A program made the position numbers and the translations under genes. The notes under the pieces are model-generated. The model was not told the origin of the DNA, ran no database searches, and was given only the letters and a program-made list of their open reading frames with translations. 64,000 nucleotides of DNA from Auanema rhodensis (lineage: Eukaryota > Animalia > Nematoda), in contig OZ059896.1 in the NCBI GenBank assembly GCA_964057225.1, positions 18,538,001 to 18,602,000 of the forward strand. The letters are read 5' to 3'. Below, one piece after another: positions 26,241-39,498 of this stretch. Within the stretch, counting starts at the first letter, position 1, and each line of letters opens with the position of its first letter.

Positions 26241-26948
26241 AAAAAAAAACAATGAATATTTAGAAAATTATCAAACAGCAGTGAACAAGTTGAATTTCAT
26301 TCACAAACAAGATGGAGATAATTATTCTGGTTAGAACTTCTAAAGTTATTATCATTTTATCAAGATTCGAGTCTGATAGCTTCATTTCTGTTAACAACAA
26401 AAAAAAGTGAAAGTTCAACAGTTGTAGGTTCATGTGTCATAATAGACACAAGAGTTTTGCTTTGTGTATCTGAATATGTTACTCTCGTTTTAGGTGTTAG
26501 TGAAACTTTCAAGTTAGAAGCTGATCAAAAGTTAATTAAGCATTAATTACTAGATTGCGTATGTCCGTGAAAAGTTTAACAATGCTTTTAGCTGTAAAGA
26601 TTCATTTTTGTACAAAAATGAGGATCACGAAAATTGTAGTCACTATTTCAATTCATTATTTGAGAGTATGTTAGTGACAGAACCGTGAAGATTATCAGTC
26701 CACGACGGCGAAAGCAGTTTCAATAGTTACAATACGGTATTTTCAAGAGAAAGCCAATAGAAAAAATGTTTTTATAGTTCCTATTTCAAAGATGCACTAT
26801 TGATTCGCTGTGATATACATAGGATAGATAATTCGAAATATGTTCTGAAGGACGACGTGTGAGACTTTGAAACAGTTGTTATAACATTGTGGGGCAAGAA
26901 AAAAACAATATAACGTTTTGAATAAAAATAAGTAAAAGTCTTTCATAA

Positions 26949-27180
26949 AAACGGGAACCAAGTTCTCAAAAGAGGTATTTTCGATTCGTTAAATAAAGCA
27001 GAATTTTCACAAATCATAATCACATATATTTATTCTTTAAACAACGTGAGGCTTTAATTTTGGTTTCCTTATACTTTTCATTATGATGATGTTCATTTAC
27101 TTAGACTCACATCAAAGTTTGAAATTTTGTTTAAATTTAACAGTATGTTCACAAAATTGTTAGCTGGACGGCCGATTCCA
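26949..27180 (+). repeat. Diverged second copy of the 'leader + satellite start' module (paralogue of ~25898-26105)
   Basis: ACGGGAACCAAGTTCTCAAAAGAGGTATTTT...TTCATTTACTTAGACT...AACAGTATGTTCACAAAATTGTTAGCTGGACGGCCGATTC matches 25900-26102 with substitutions and an insertion. Confidence 0.85.
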
Positions 27181-30100
27181 TTTTTTTGGTATTCTTCGGA
27201 TCCGAAGTCCGCCGCCTTATCCATTAGACCACAAGGCCGTGTAAATCTTATGTAAATTAGACAATTTGTATAACCCAACCCAGTAACTCACTAAAATGTA
27301 GTTGATTTTTTTTTATCGATTCTAGGTCTGAAAAAATAAAAATATGAAATAATACTTTTATTTTAGTACCTTATGAGAAAACCTTTGGGAAATTTTTGAT
27401 ACTTTCTCACTCTGAATAGGAACATTTTCGAGAATATTATCACTGCATTTGTTTTACTGCTAGTATTTTTTTCAATTGTATGAGATAATACAGAACAAAA
27501 CATGTAAACTATCAGGTAATGATTGTTTTAAAACAAAAAATAACGACCCTGGTAGGACTCGAACCTACAATCTTCGGATCCGAAGTCCGACGCCTTATCC
27601 ATTAGGCCACAAGGCCATGTAAATCGCATTCAAATTAGACAATTTGTATAACCCAACCCAGTAACTCACTAAAATGTAGTTGATTTTTTTTTATCGATTC
27701 TAGGTCTGAAAAAATAATAATATGAAATAATACTTTTATTTTAGTACCTTATGAGAAAACCTTTGGGAAATTTTTGATACTTTCTCACTCTGAATAGGAA
27801 CATTTTCGAGAATATTATCACTGCATTTGTTTCACTGCTAGTATTTTTTTCAATTGTATGAGATAATACAGAACAAAACATGTAAACTATCAGGTAATGA
27901 TTTTTTTAAAACAAAAAATAACGACCCTGGCAGGACTCGAACCTACAATCTTCGGATCCGAAGTCCGACGCCTTATCCATTAGGCCACAAAGCCATCTAA
28001 ATCGCATTCAAATTAGACAACTTGTATAACCCAACCCAGTAACTCACTAACATGTAGTTGATTTTTTTTTATCGATTCTAGGTCTGAAAAAATAATAATA
28101 TTAAATAATACTTTTATTTTAGTACCTTATGAGAAAACCTTCGGGAAATTTTTGATATTTTCTCACTCTGTATAGGAACATTCTCGAGAATAATATCACT
28201 GCATTCGTTTTACTGCTAGTATTTTTTTTAATTGTATGAGATAATACAGAATAAAACATGTAAACTATCAGGTAATGATTTTTTTAAAACAAAAAATAAC
28301 GACCCTGGCAGGACTCGAATCTACAATCTTCGGATCCGAAGTCCGACGCCTTATCCATTAGGCCACAAGGCCATGTAAATCGCATTCAATTTAGACAATT
28401 TGTATAACCCAACCCAGTAACTCACTAAAATGTAGTTGATTTTTTTATCGATTCTAGGTTTGAAAAAATAATAATATGAAATAATACTTTTATTTTAGTA
28501 CCTTATGAGAAAACCTTTGGGAAATTTTTGATACTTTCTCACTCTGAATAGGAACATTTTCGAGAATATTATCACTGCATTTGTTTTACTGCTAGTATTT
28601 TTTTCAATTGTATGAGATAATACAGAACAAAACATGTAAACTATCAGGTAATGATTTTTTTAAAACAAAAAATAACGACCCTGGCAGGACTCGAACCTAC
28701 AATCTTCGGATCCGAAGTCCGACGCCTTATCCATTAGGCCACAAGGCCATGTAAATCGCATTCTAATTAGACAATTTGTATAACCCAACCCAGTAACTCA
28801 CTAAAATGTAGTTGATTTTTTTTTATCGATTCTAGGTCTGAAAAAATAATAATATGAAATAATACTTTTATTTTAGTACCTTATGAGAAAACCTTTGGGA
28901 AATTTTTGATACTTTCTCACTCTGAATAGGAACATATTCGAGAATATTATCACTGCATTTGTTTTACTGCTAGTATTTTTTTCAATTGTATGAGATAATA
29001 TAGAATAAAACATGTAAACTATTAGGTAATGATTGTTTTGAAACAAAAAATAACGACCCTGGCAGGACTCGAACCTACAATCTTCGGATCCGAAGTCCGA
29101 CGCCTTATCCATTAGGCCACAAGGCCATTTAAATCGCATTCAAATTAGAAAATTTGTATAACCCAACCCAGTAACTCACTAAAATGTAGTTGATTTTTTT
29201 TTATCGATTCTAGGTCTGAAAAAATAATAATATGAAATAATACTTTTATTTTAGTACCTTATGAGAAAACCTTCGGAAAATTTTTGATATTTTCTCACTC
29301 TGTATAGGAACATTCTCGAGAATATTATCACTACATTTGTTTTACTGCTAGTATTTTTTTCAATTGTATGAGATAATACAGAATAAAACATGTAAACTAT
29401 CAGGTAATGATTTTTTTAAAACAAAAAATAACGACCCTGGCAGGACTCGAACCTACAATCTTCGGATCCGAAGTCCGACGCCTTATCCATTAGGCCACAA
29501 GGCCATGTAAATCGCATTCTAATTAGACAATTTGTATAACCCAACCCAGTAACTCACTAAAATGTAGTTGATTTTTTTTTATCGATTCTAGGTCTGAAAA
29601 AATAATAATATGAAATAATACTTTTATTTTAGTACCTTATGAGAAAACCTTTGGGAAATTTTTGATACTTTCTCACTCTGAATAGGAACATATTCGAGAA
29701 TATTATCACTGCATTTGTTTTACTGCTAGTATTTTTTTCAATTGTATGAGATAATATAGAATAAAACATGTAAACTATTAGGTAATGATTGTTTTGAAAC
29801 AAAAAATAACGACCCTGGCAGGACTCGAACCTACAATCTTCGGATCCGAAGTCCGACGCCTTATCCATTAGGCCACAAGGCCATTTAAATCGCATTCAAA
29901 TTAGAAAATTTGTATAACCCAACCCAGTAACTCACTAAAATGTAGTTGATTTTTTTTTATCGATTCTAGGTCTGAAAAAATAATAATATGAAATAATACT
30001 TTTATTTTAGTACCTTATGAGAAAACCTTCGGAAAATTTTTGATATTTTCTCACTCTGTATAGGAACATTCTCGAGAATATTATCACTACATTTGTTTTA

Positions 30101-30937
30101 CTGCTAGTATTTTTTTCAATTGTATGAGATAATACAGAATAAAACATGTAAACTATCAGGTAATGATTTTTTTGAAACAAAAAATAACGACCCTGGTAGG
30201 ACTCGAACCTACAATCTTCGGATCCGAAGTCCGACGCCTTATCCATTAGGCCACAAGGCCATCTAAATCGCATTCAAATTAGACAATTTGTATAACCCAA
30301 CCCAGTAACTCACTAAAATGTAGTTGATTTTTTTTATCGATTCTAGGTCTGAAAAAATAATAATATGAAATAATACTTTTATTTTAGTACCTTATGAGAA
30401 AACCTTTGGGAAATTTTTGATATTTTCTCACTCTGAATAGGAACATTTTCGAGAATATTATCACTGCATTTGTTTTACTGCTAGTATTTTTTTCAATTGT
30501 ATGAGATAATATAGAATAAAACATGTAAACTATCAGGTAATGATTGTTTTAAAACAAAAAATAACGACCCTGGTAGGACTCGAACCTACAATCTTCGGAT
30601 CCGAAGTCCGACGCCTTATCCATTAGGCCACAAGGCCATGTAAATCGCATTCAAATTAGACAATTTGTATAACCCAACCCAGTAACTCACTAAAATGTAG
30701 TTGATTTTTTTTTATCGATTCTAGGTCTGAAAAAATAATAATATGAAATAATACTTTTATTTTAGTACCTTATGAGAAAACCTTCGGAAAATTTTTGATA
30801 TTTTCTCACTCTGTATAGGAACATTCTCGAGAATATTATCACTACATTTGTTTTACTGCTAGTATTTTTTTCAATTGTATGAGATAATACAGCATAAAAC
30901 ATGTAAACTATCAGGTAATGATTTTTTTGAAACAAAA

Positions 30938-30986
30938 ATCCGAAGTCCGCCTCCAAAAGACACCTTATCCATTAGGCTACAAGGCC
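30938..30986 (-). pseudogene. Rearranged tRNA-Arg 5' half (also at 32794-32842 and 33519-33567)
   Basis: Minus strand GGCCTTGTAGCCTAATGGATAAGGTGT-CTTTTGGAGG-CGGACTTCGGAT then directly the T-run: ~10-nt insertion, with T arm and 3' acceptor strand deleted. Confidence 0.9.
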
Positions 30987-33900
30987 ATGTAAATCTTATG
31001 TAAATTAGACAATTTGTATAACCCAACCCAGTAACTCACTAGAATAAAGTTCATTATTTCTATCGACTTTGGGTCTAAAAAAATAATAATATAAAATAGT
31101 ACTTTTATTTTAGTAACTTATGAGAAAACCTTCGGGAAATTTTTGATATTTTCTCACTCTGAATAGGAACATTCTCGAGAATATTATCACTGCATTTGTT
31201 TTAATGCTAGTATTTTTTTCAATTGTATGAGATAATACAGAATAAAACATGTAAACTATCAGGTAATGATTTTTTTAAAACAAAAAATAACGACCCTGGC
31301 AGGACTCGAACCTACAATCTTCGGATCCGAAGTCCGACGCCTTATCCATTAGGCCACAAAGCCATCTAAATCGCATTCAAATTAGACAATTTGTATAACC
31401 CAACCCAGTAACTCACTAAAATGTAGTTGATTTTTTTTATCGATTCTAGGTCTGAAAAAATAATAATATGAAATAATACTTTTATTTTAGTACCTTATGA
31501 GAAAACCTTCGGGAAATTTTTGATATTTTCTCACTCTGAATAGGAACATTTTCGAGAATATTATCACTGCATTTGTTTTATTGCTAGTATGTTTTTCAAT
31601 TGTATGAGATAATACAGAATAAAACATGTAAACTATCAGGTAATGATTTTTTTAAAACAAAAAATAACGACCCTGGCAGGACTCGAACCTACAATCTTCG
31701 GATCCGAAGTCCGACGCCTTATCCATTAGGCCACAAGGCCTAGTAAATCGCATTCTAATTAGACAATTTGTATAACCCAACCCAGTAACTCACTAAAATG
31801 TAGTTGAATTTTTTTATCGATTCTAGGTCTGAAAAAATAATAATATGAAATAATATTTTTATTTTGGTACCTTATGAGAAAACCTTCGGGAAATTTTTGA
31901 TACTTTCTCACTCTGAATAGGAACATTTTCGAGAATATTATCACTGCATTTGTTTTACTGCTAGTATTTTTTTTAATTGTATGAGATAATACAGAATAAA
32001 ACATGTAAACTATCAGGTAATGATTTTTTTGAAACAAAAAATAACGACCCTGGCAGGACTCGAACCTACAATCTTCGGATCCGAAGTCCGACGCCTTATC
32101 CATTAGGCCACAAGGCCATGTAAATCGCATTCAAATTAGACAATTTGTATAACCCAACCCAGTAACTCATTAAAATGTAGTTGATTTTTTTATCGATTCT
32201 AGGTCTGAAAAAATAATAATATGAAATAGTACTTTTATTTTAGTACCTTATGAGAAAACCTTCGGAAATTTTTTGATATTTTCTCACTCTGAATAGGAAC
32301 ATTCTCGAGAATATTATCACTGCATTTGTTTTAATGCTAGTATTTTTTCCAATTGTATGAGATAATACAGAATAAAACATGTAAACTATCAGGTAATGAT
32401 TTTTTTAAAACAGAAAATAACGACCCTGGCAGGACTCGAACCTACAATCTTCGGATCCGAAGTCCGACGCCTTATCCATTAGGCCACAAGGCCATGTAAA
32501 TCGCATTCAAATTAGACAATTTGTATAACCCAACCCAGTAACTCACTAAAATGTAGTTGATTTTTTTTTATCGATTCTAGGTCTGAAAAAATAATAATAT
32601 GAAATAATACTTTTATTTTAGTACCTTATGAGAAAACTTTCGGGAAATTTTTGATATTTTCTCACTCTGAATAGGAACATTTTCGAGAATATTATCACTG
32701 CATTTGTTTTATTGCTAGTATGTTTTTCAATTGTATGAGATAATACAGAATAAAACATGTAAACTATCAGGTAATGATTTTTTTGAAACAAAAATCCGAA
32801 GTCCGCCTCCAAAAGACACCTTATCCATTAGGCTACAAGGCCATGTAAATCTTATGTAAATTAGACAATTTGTATAACCCAACCCAGTAACTCACTAGAA
32901 TAAAGTTCATTATTTCTATCGACTTTGGGTCTAAAAAAATAATAATATAAAATAGTACTTTTATTTTAGTAACTTATGAGAAAACCTTCGGGAAATTTTT
33001 GATATTTTCTCACTCTGAATAGGAACATTCTCGAGAATATTATCACTGCATTTGTTTTAATGCTAGTATTTTTTTCAATTGTATGAGATAATACAGAATA
33101 AAACATGTAAACTATCAGGTAATGATTTTTTTAAAACAAAAAATAACGACCCTGGCAGGACTCGAACCTACAATCTTCGGATCCGAAGTCCGACGCCTTA
33201 TCCATTAGGCCACAAAGCCATCTAAATCGCATTCAAATTAGACAATTTGTATAACCCAACCCAGTAACTCACTAAAATGTAGTTGATTTTTTTTATCGAT
33301 TCTAGGTCTGAAAAAATAATAATATGAAATAATACTTTTATTTTAGTACCTTATGAGAAAACCTTCGGGAAATTTTTGATATTTTCTCACTCTGAATAGG
33401 AACATTTTCGAGAATATTATCACTGCATTTGTTTTATTGCTAGTATGTTTTTCAATTGTATGAGATAATACAGAATAAAACATGTAAACTATCAGGTAAT
33501 GATTTTTTTGAAACAAAAATCCGAAGTCCGCCTCCAAAAGACACCTTATCCATTAGGCTACAAGGCCATGTAAATCTTATGTAAATTAGACAATTTGTAT
33601 AACCCAACCCAGTAACTCACTAGAATAAAGTTCATTATTTCTATCGACTTTGGGTCTAAAAAAATAATAATATAAAATAGTACTTTTATTTTAGTAACTT
33701 ATGAGAAAACCTTCGGGAAATTTTTGATATTTTCTCACTCTGAATAGGAACATTCTCGAGAATATTATCACTGCATTTGTTTTAATGCTAGTATTTTTTT
33801 CAATTGTATGAGATAATACAGAATAAAACATGTAAACTATCAGGTAATGATTTTTTTAAAACAAAAAATAACGACCCTGGCAGGACTCGAACCTACAATC

Positions 33901-35755
33901 TTCGGATCCGAAGTCCGACGCCTTATCCATTAGGCCACAAAGCCATCTAAATCGCATTCAAATTAGACAATTTGTATAACCCAACCCAGTAACTCACTAA
34001 AATGTAGTTGATTTTTTTTATCGATTCTAGGTCTGAAAAAATAATAATATGAAATAATACTTTTATTTTAGTACCTTATGAGAAAACCTTCGGGAAATTT
34101 TTGATATTTTCTCACTCTGAATAGGAACATTTTCGAGAATATTATCACTGCATTTGTTTTATTGCTAGTATGTTTTTCAATTGTATGAGATAATACAGAA
34201 TAAAACATGTAAACTATCAGGTAATGATTTTTTTAAAACAAAAAATAACGACCCTGGCAGGACTCGAACCTACAATCTTCGGATCCGAAGTCCGACGCCT
34301 TATCCATTAGGCCACAAGGCCTAGTAAATCGCATTCTAATTAGACAATTTGTATAACCCAACCCAGTAACTCACTAAAATGTAGTTGATTTTTTTTATCG
34401 ATTCTAGGTCTGAAAAAATAATAATATGAAATAATATTTTTATTTTGGTACCTTATGAGAAAACCTTCGGGAAATTTTTGATACTTTCTCACTCTGAATA
34501 GGAACATTTTCGAGAATATTATCACTGCATTTGTTTTACTGCTAGTATTTTTTTTAATTGTATGAGATAATACAGAATAAAACATGTAAACTATCAGGTA
34601 ATGATTTTTTTGAAACAAAAAATAACGACCCTGGCAGGACTCGAACCTACAATCTTCGGATCCGAAGTCCGACGCCTTATCCATTAGGCCACAAGGCCAT
34701 GTAAATCGCATTCAAATTAGACAATTTGTATAACCCAACCCAGTAACTCATTAAAATGTAGTTGATTTTTTTATCGATTCTAGGTCTGAAAAAATAATAA
34801 TATGAAATAGTACTTTTATTTTAGTACCTTATGAGAAAACCTTCGGAAATTTTTTGATATTTTCTCACTCTGAATAGGAACATTCTCGAGAATATTATCA
34901 CTGCATTTGTTTTAATGCTAGTATTTTTTCCAATTGTATGAGATAATACAGAATAAAACATGTAAACTATCAGGTAATGATTTTTTTAAAACAGAAAATA
35001 ACGACCCTGGCAGGACTCGAACCTACAATCTTCGGATCCGAAGTCCGACGCCTTATCCATTAGGCCACAAGGCCATCTAAATCGCATTCAAATTAGACAA
35101 TTTGTATAACCCAACCCAGTAACTCACTAAAATGTAGTTGATTTTTTTCATCGATTCTAGGTCTGAAAAAATAATAATATGAAATAATACTTTTATTTTA
35201 GTACCTTATGAGAAAACTTTCGGGAAATTTTTGATATTTTCTCACTCTGAATAGGAACATTTTCGAGAATATTATCACTGCATTTGTTTTATTGCTAGTA
35301 TGTTTTTCAATTGTATGAGATAATACAGAATAAAACATGTAAACTATCAGGTAATGATTTTTTTAAAACAAAAAATAACGACCCTGGCAGGACTCGAACC
35401 TACAATCTTCGGATCCGAAGTCCGACGCCTTATCCATTAGGCCACAAGGCCATGTAAATCGCATTCTAATTAGACAATTTGTATAACCCAACCCAGTAAC
35501 TCACTAAAATGTAGTTGATTTTTTTTATCGATTCTAGGTCTGAAAAAATAATAATATGAAATATTATTTTTATTTTAGTACCTTATGAGAAAACCTTCGG
35601 GAAATTTTTGATACTTTCTCACTCTGAATAGGAACATTTTCGAGAATATTATCACTGCATTTGTTTTACTGCTAGTATTTTTTTCAATTGTATGAGATAA
35701 TACAGAATAAAACATGTAAACTATCAGGTAATGATTTTTTTGAAACAAAAAATAA

Positions 35756-35828
35756 CGACCCTGGCAGGACTCGAACCTACAATCTTCGGATCCGAAGTCC
35801 GACGCCTTATCCATTAGGCCACAAGGCC
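35756..35828 (-). tRNA. tRNA-Arg(TCG), representative minus-strand copy
   Basis: 73-nt cloverleaf identical to 38621-38693. Confidence 0.95.
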
Positions 35829-37499
35829 ATGTAAATCGCATTCAAATTAGACAATTTGTATAACCCAACCCAGTAACTCATTAAAATGTAGTTGATTTTT
35901 TTTATCGATTCTAGGTCTGAAAAAATAATAATATGAAATAATACTTTTATTTTAGTACCTTATGAGAAAACCTTTGGGAAATTTTTGATACTTTCTCACT
36001 CTGAATAGGAACATTCTCGAGAATATTATCACAGCATTTGTTTTACTGCTAGTATTTTTTTCAATTGTATGAGATAATACAGAATTAAACATGTAAACTA
36101 TCAGGTAATGATTTTTTTAAAACAGAAAATAACGACCCTGGCAGGACTCGAACCTACAATCTTCGGATCCGAAGTCCGACGCCTTATCCATTAGGCCACA
36201 AGGCCATGTAAATCGCATTCTAATTAGACAATTTGTATAACCCAACCCAGTAACTCACTAAAATGTAGTTGATTTTTTTTATCGATTCTAGGTCTGAAAA
36301 AATAATAATATGAAATATTATTTTTATTTTAGTACCTTATGAGAAAACCTTCGGGAAATTTTTGATACTTTCTCACTCTGAATAGGAACATTTTCGAGAA
36401 TATTATCACTGCATTTGTTTTACTGCTAGTATTTTTTTCAATTGTATGAGATAATACAGAATAAAACATGTAAACTATCAGGTAATGATTTTTTTGAAAC
36501 AAAAAATAACGACCCTGGCAGGACTCGAACCTACAATCTTCGGATCCGAAGTCCGACGCCTTATCCATTAGGCCACAAGGCCATGTAAATCGCATTCAAA
36601 TTAGACAATTTGTATAACCCAACCCAGTAACTCATTAAAATGTAGTTGATTTTTTTTATCGATTCTAGGTCTGAAAAAATAATAATATGAAATAGTACTT
36701 TTATTTTAGTACCTTATGAGAAAACCTTCGGAAATTTTTTGATATTTTCTCACTCTGAATAGGAACATTCTCGAGAATATTATCACTGCATTTGTTTTAC
36801 TGCTAGTATTTTTTTCAATTGTATGAGATAATACAGAATAAAACATGTAAACTATCAGGTAATGATTTTTTTAAAACAGAAAATAACGACCCTGGCCGGA
36901 CTCGAACCTATACAAATTGTCTAATTTGAATGCGATTTAGATGGCCTTGTGGCCTAATGGATAAGGCGTCGGACTTCGGATCCAAAGATTGTAGGTTCGA
37001 GTCCTACCAGGGTCGTTACTTTTTGTTTTAAAAAAATCATTACCTGATAGTTTACATGTTTTATTCTGTATTATCTCATACAATTGAAAAAAATACTAGC
37101 AATAAAACAAATGCAGTGATAATATTCTCGAAAATGTTCCTATTCAGAGTGAGAAAATATCAAAAATTTCCCGAAGGTTTTTTCATAAGGTACTAAAATA
37201 AAAGTATTATTTCATATTATTATTTTTTCAGACCTAGAATCGATAAAAAAATCAACTACATTTTAGTGAGTTACTGGGTTGGGTTATACAAATTGTCTAA
37301 ATTGAATGCGATTTAGATGGCCTTGTGGCCTAATGAATAAGGCATTGGACTTCGGATCCGAAGATTGTAGGTTCGAGTCCTGCCAGGGTCGTTATTTTTT
37401 GTTTCAAAACAATCAATACCTGATAGTTTACATGTTTTATTCTGTATTATCTCATACAATTGAAAAAAATACTAGCAATAAAACAAATGCAGTGATAAT

Positions 37500-37607
37500 A
37501 TAAAACATGTAAACTATCAGGTAATGATTTTTTTGAAACAAAAAATAACGACCCTGGCAGGACACGAACCTACAATCTTCGGATCCGAAGTCCGACGCCT
37601 TATCCAT
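37500..37607 (-). repeat. Local ~108-bp inverted insert of tRNA 3' part + trailer (second copy 38339-38446)
   Basis: ATAAAACATGTAAACTATCAGG...CGACCCTGGCAGGACACGAACC...CCTTATCCAT replaces ~20 bp of spacer inside a plus-strand unit. Confidence 0.92.
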
Positions 37608-38620
37608 CAGAGTGAGAAAATATCAAAAATTTCCCGAAGGTTTTCTCATAAGGTACTAAAATAAAAGTATTATTTTATATTATTATTTTTTCAGACCTAG
37701 AATCGATAAAAAAATCAACTTCATTTTAGTGAGTTACTGGGTTGGGTTATACAAATTGTCTAATTTGAATGCGATTTAGATGGCCTTGTGGCCTAATGGA
37801 TAAGGCGTCGGACTTCGGATCCAAAGATTGTAGGTTCGAGTCCTACCAGGGTCGTTACTTTTTGTTTTAAAAAAATCATTACCTGATAGTTTACATGTTT
37901 TATTCTGTATTATCTCATACAATTGAAAAAAATACTAGCAATAAAACAAATGCAGTGATAATATTCTCGAAAATGTTCCTATTCAGAGTGAGAAAATATC
38001 AAAAATTTCCCGAAGGTTTTCTCATAAGGTACTAAAATAAAAGTATTATTTCATATTATTATTTTTTCAGACCTAGAATCGATAAAAAAATCAACTACAT
38101 TTTAGTGAGTTACTGGGTTGGGTTATACAAATTGTCTAATTTGAATGCGATTTAGATGGCCTTGTGGCCTAATGAATAAGGCATTGGACTTCGGATCCGA
38201 AGATTGTAGGTTCGAGTCCTGCCAGGGTCGTTATTTTTTGTTTCAAAACAATCAATACCTGATAGTTTACATGTTTTATTCTGTATTATCTCATACAATT
38301 GAAAAAAATACTAGCAATAAAACAAATGCAGTGATAATATAAAACATGTAAACTATCAGGTAATGATTTTTTTGAAACAAAAAATAACGACCCTGGCAGG
38401 ACACGAACCTACAATCTTCGGATCCGAAGTCCGACGCCTTATCCATCAGAGTGAGAAAATATCAAAAATTTCCCGAAGGTTTTCTCATAAGGTACTAAAA
38501 TAAAAGTATTATTTTATATTATTATTTTTTCAGACCTAGAATCGATAAAAAAATCAACTTCATTTTAGTGAGTTACTGGGTTGGGTTATACAAATTGTCT
38601 AATTTGAATGCGATTTACAT

Positions 38621-38693
38621 GGCCTTGTGGCCTAATGGATAAGGCGTCGGACTTCGGATCCGAAGATTGTAGGTTCGAGTCCTGCCAGGGTCG
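38621..38693 (+). tRNA. tRNA-Arg(TCG), representative copy
   Basis: GGCCTTG TG GCCT AATGGATA AGGC G TCGGA CT-TCG-GA TCCGA AGATT GTAGG TTCGAGT CCTGC CAGGGTC G: all four stems pair, A box TGGCCTAATGG, B box GTTCGAGTC, no intron, followed by a TTATTTTTT Pol III terminator. Confidence 0.97.
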
Positions 38694-39129
38694 TTATTTT
38701 TTGTTTCAAAAAAATCATTACCTGATAGTTTACATGTTTTATTCTGTATTATCTCATACAATTGAAAAAAATACTAGCAGTAAAACAAATGCAGTGATAT
38801 TTATCTCGAGAATGTTTCTATTCAGAGTGAGAAAATATCAAAAATTTTCCGAAGGTTTTCTCATAAGGTACTAAAATAAAAGTATTATTTCATATTATTA
38901 TTTTTTCAGACCTAGAATCGATAAAAAAATCAACTACATTTTAGTGAGTTACTGGGTTGGGTTATACAAATTGTCTAATTTGAATGCGATTTACATGGCC
39001 TTGTGGCCTAATGGATAAGGCGTCGGACTTCGGATCCGAAGATTGTAGGTTCGAGTCCTGCCAGGGTCGTTATTTTTTGTTTCAAAAAAATCATTACCTG
39101 ATAGTTTACATGTTTCATTCTGTATTATC

Positions 39130-39487
39130 CGTTCCGTTATGCTCCCGCGTCGATCTTACAGACCAATGGAGTCTACAAGATGAGCGTGGTAGTATTCCAG
39201 ATGTAGCGGTTAAACATGGAGCATAAGGATAAACATAAGACTCGAGAAAGATTGGTTTATTATATCTACGTGATTACAATAAGATACATATAACTAAGTA
39301 AAGGTTAAACTAATAGAGAACAGAGAGAGAACGACCAACCATCCATGATCGTCCCTGAGGCAAAGCTGAAGTGTTGTAATATGGAAAAGGGCGGGTCGTC
39401 TTCTCTCAGTCTCGCATTCTCTGACTCTAACCCGCCTGCTACAGCTTCGTCATATGAATGTAATGCATTGATCATTCGAATGGAACG
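39130..39487 (-). repeat. 3' LTR (358 bp)
   Basis: CGTTCCGTT...AATGGAACG; three substitutions found relative to 50258-50615. Minus-strand TATATA (39287-39292) and AATAAA (39256-39261). Confidence 0.97.
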
Positions 39488-39489
39488 TG

Positions 39490-39498
39490 CCCTTTTTC
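39490..39498 (-). promoter_or_regulatory. Putative polypurine tract
   Basis: Minus strand GAAAAAGGG-CA immediately precedes the 3' LTR; short. Confidence 0.55.

Larger units (their letters stand above)
27192..36910 (-). tRNA. Tandem array of tRNA-Arg(TCG) genes, ~377-bp unit: 22 full-length, 3 rearranged and 2 terminal partial copies
   Basis: The reverse complement of the tRNA (CGACCCTGGCAGGACTCGAACCTACAATCTTCGGATCCGAAGTCCGACGCCTTATCCATTAGGCCACAAGGCC) recurs every ~377 bp from 27544 to 36582. Counted by eye. Confidence 0.96.
36909..39129 (+). tRNA. tRNA-Arg(TCG) array, plus strand, 6 full-length copies (36943, 37319, 37782, 38158, 38621, 38997), four with stem or D-loop mutations
   Basis: Same 377-bp unit in the opposite orientation. 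An 839-bp higher-order duplication (37306/38145) contains local inversions. Confidence 0.95.

Noticed and set aside
38578-38588. GGGTTGGGTTA in each tRNA unit as a telomeric seed or G-quadruplex
   Set aside because: Only two G-tracts and no true TTAGGG/TTAGGC tandem. It lies next to a TATA-like element ~30 bp upstream of the tRNA and is more likely ordinary flank.
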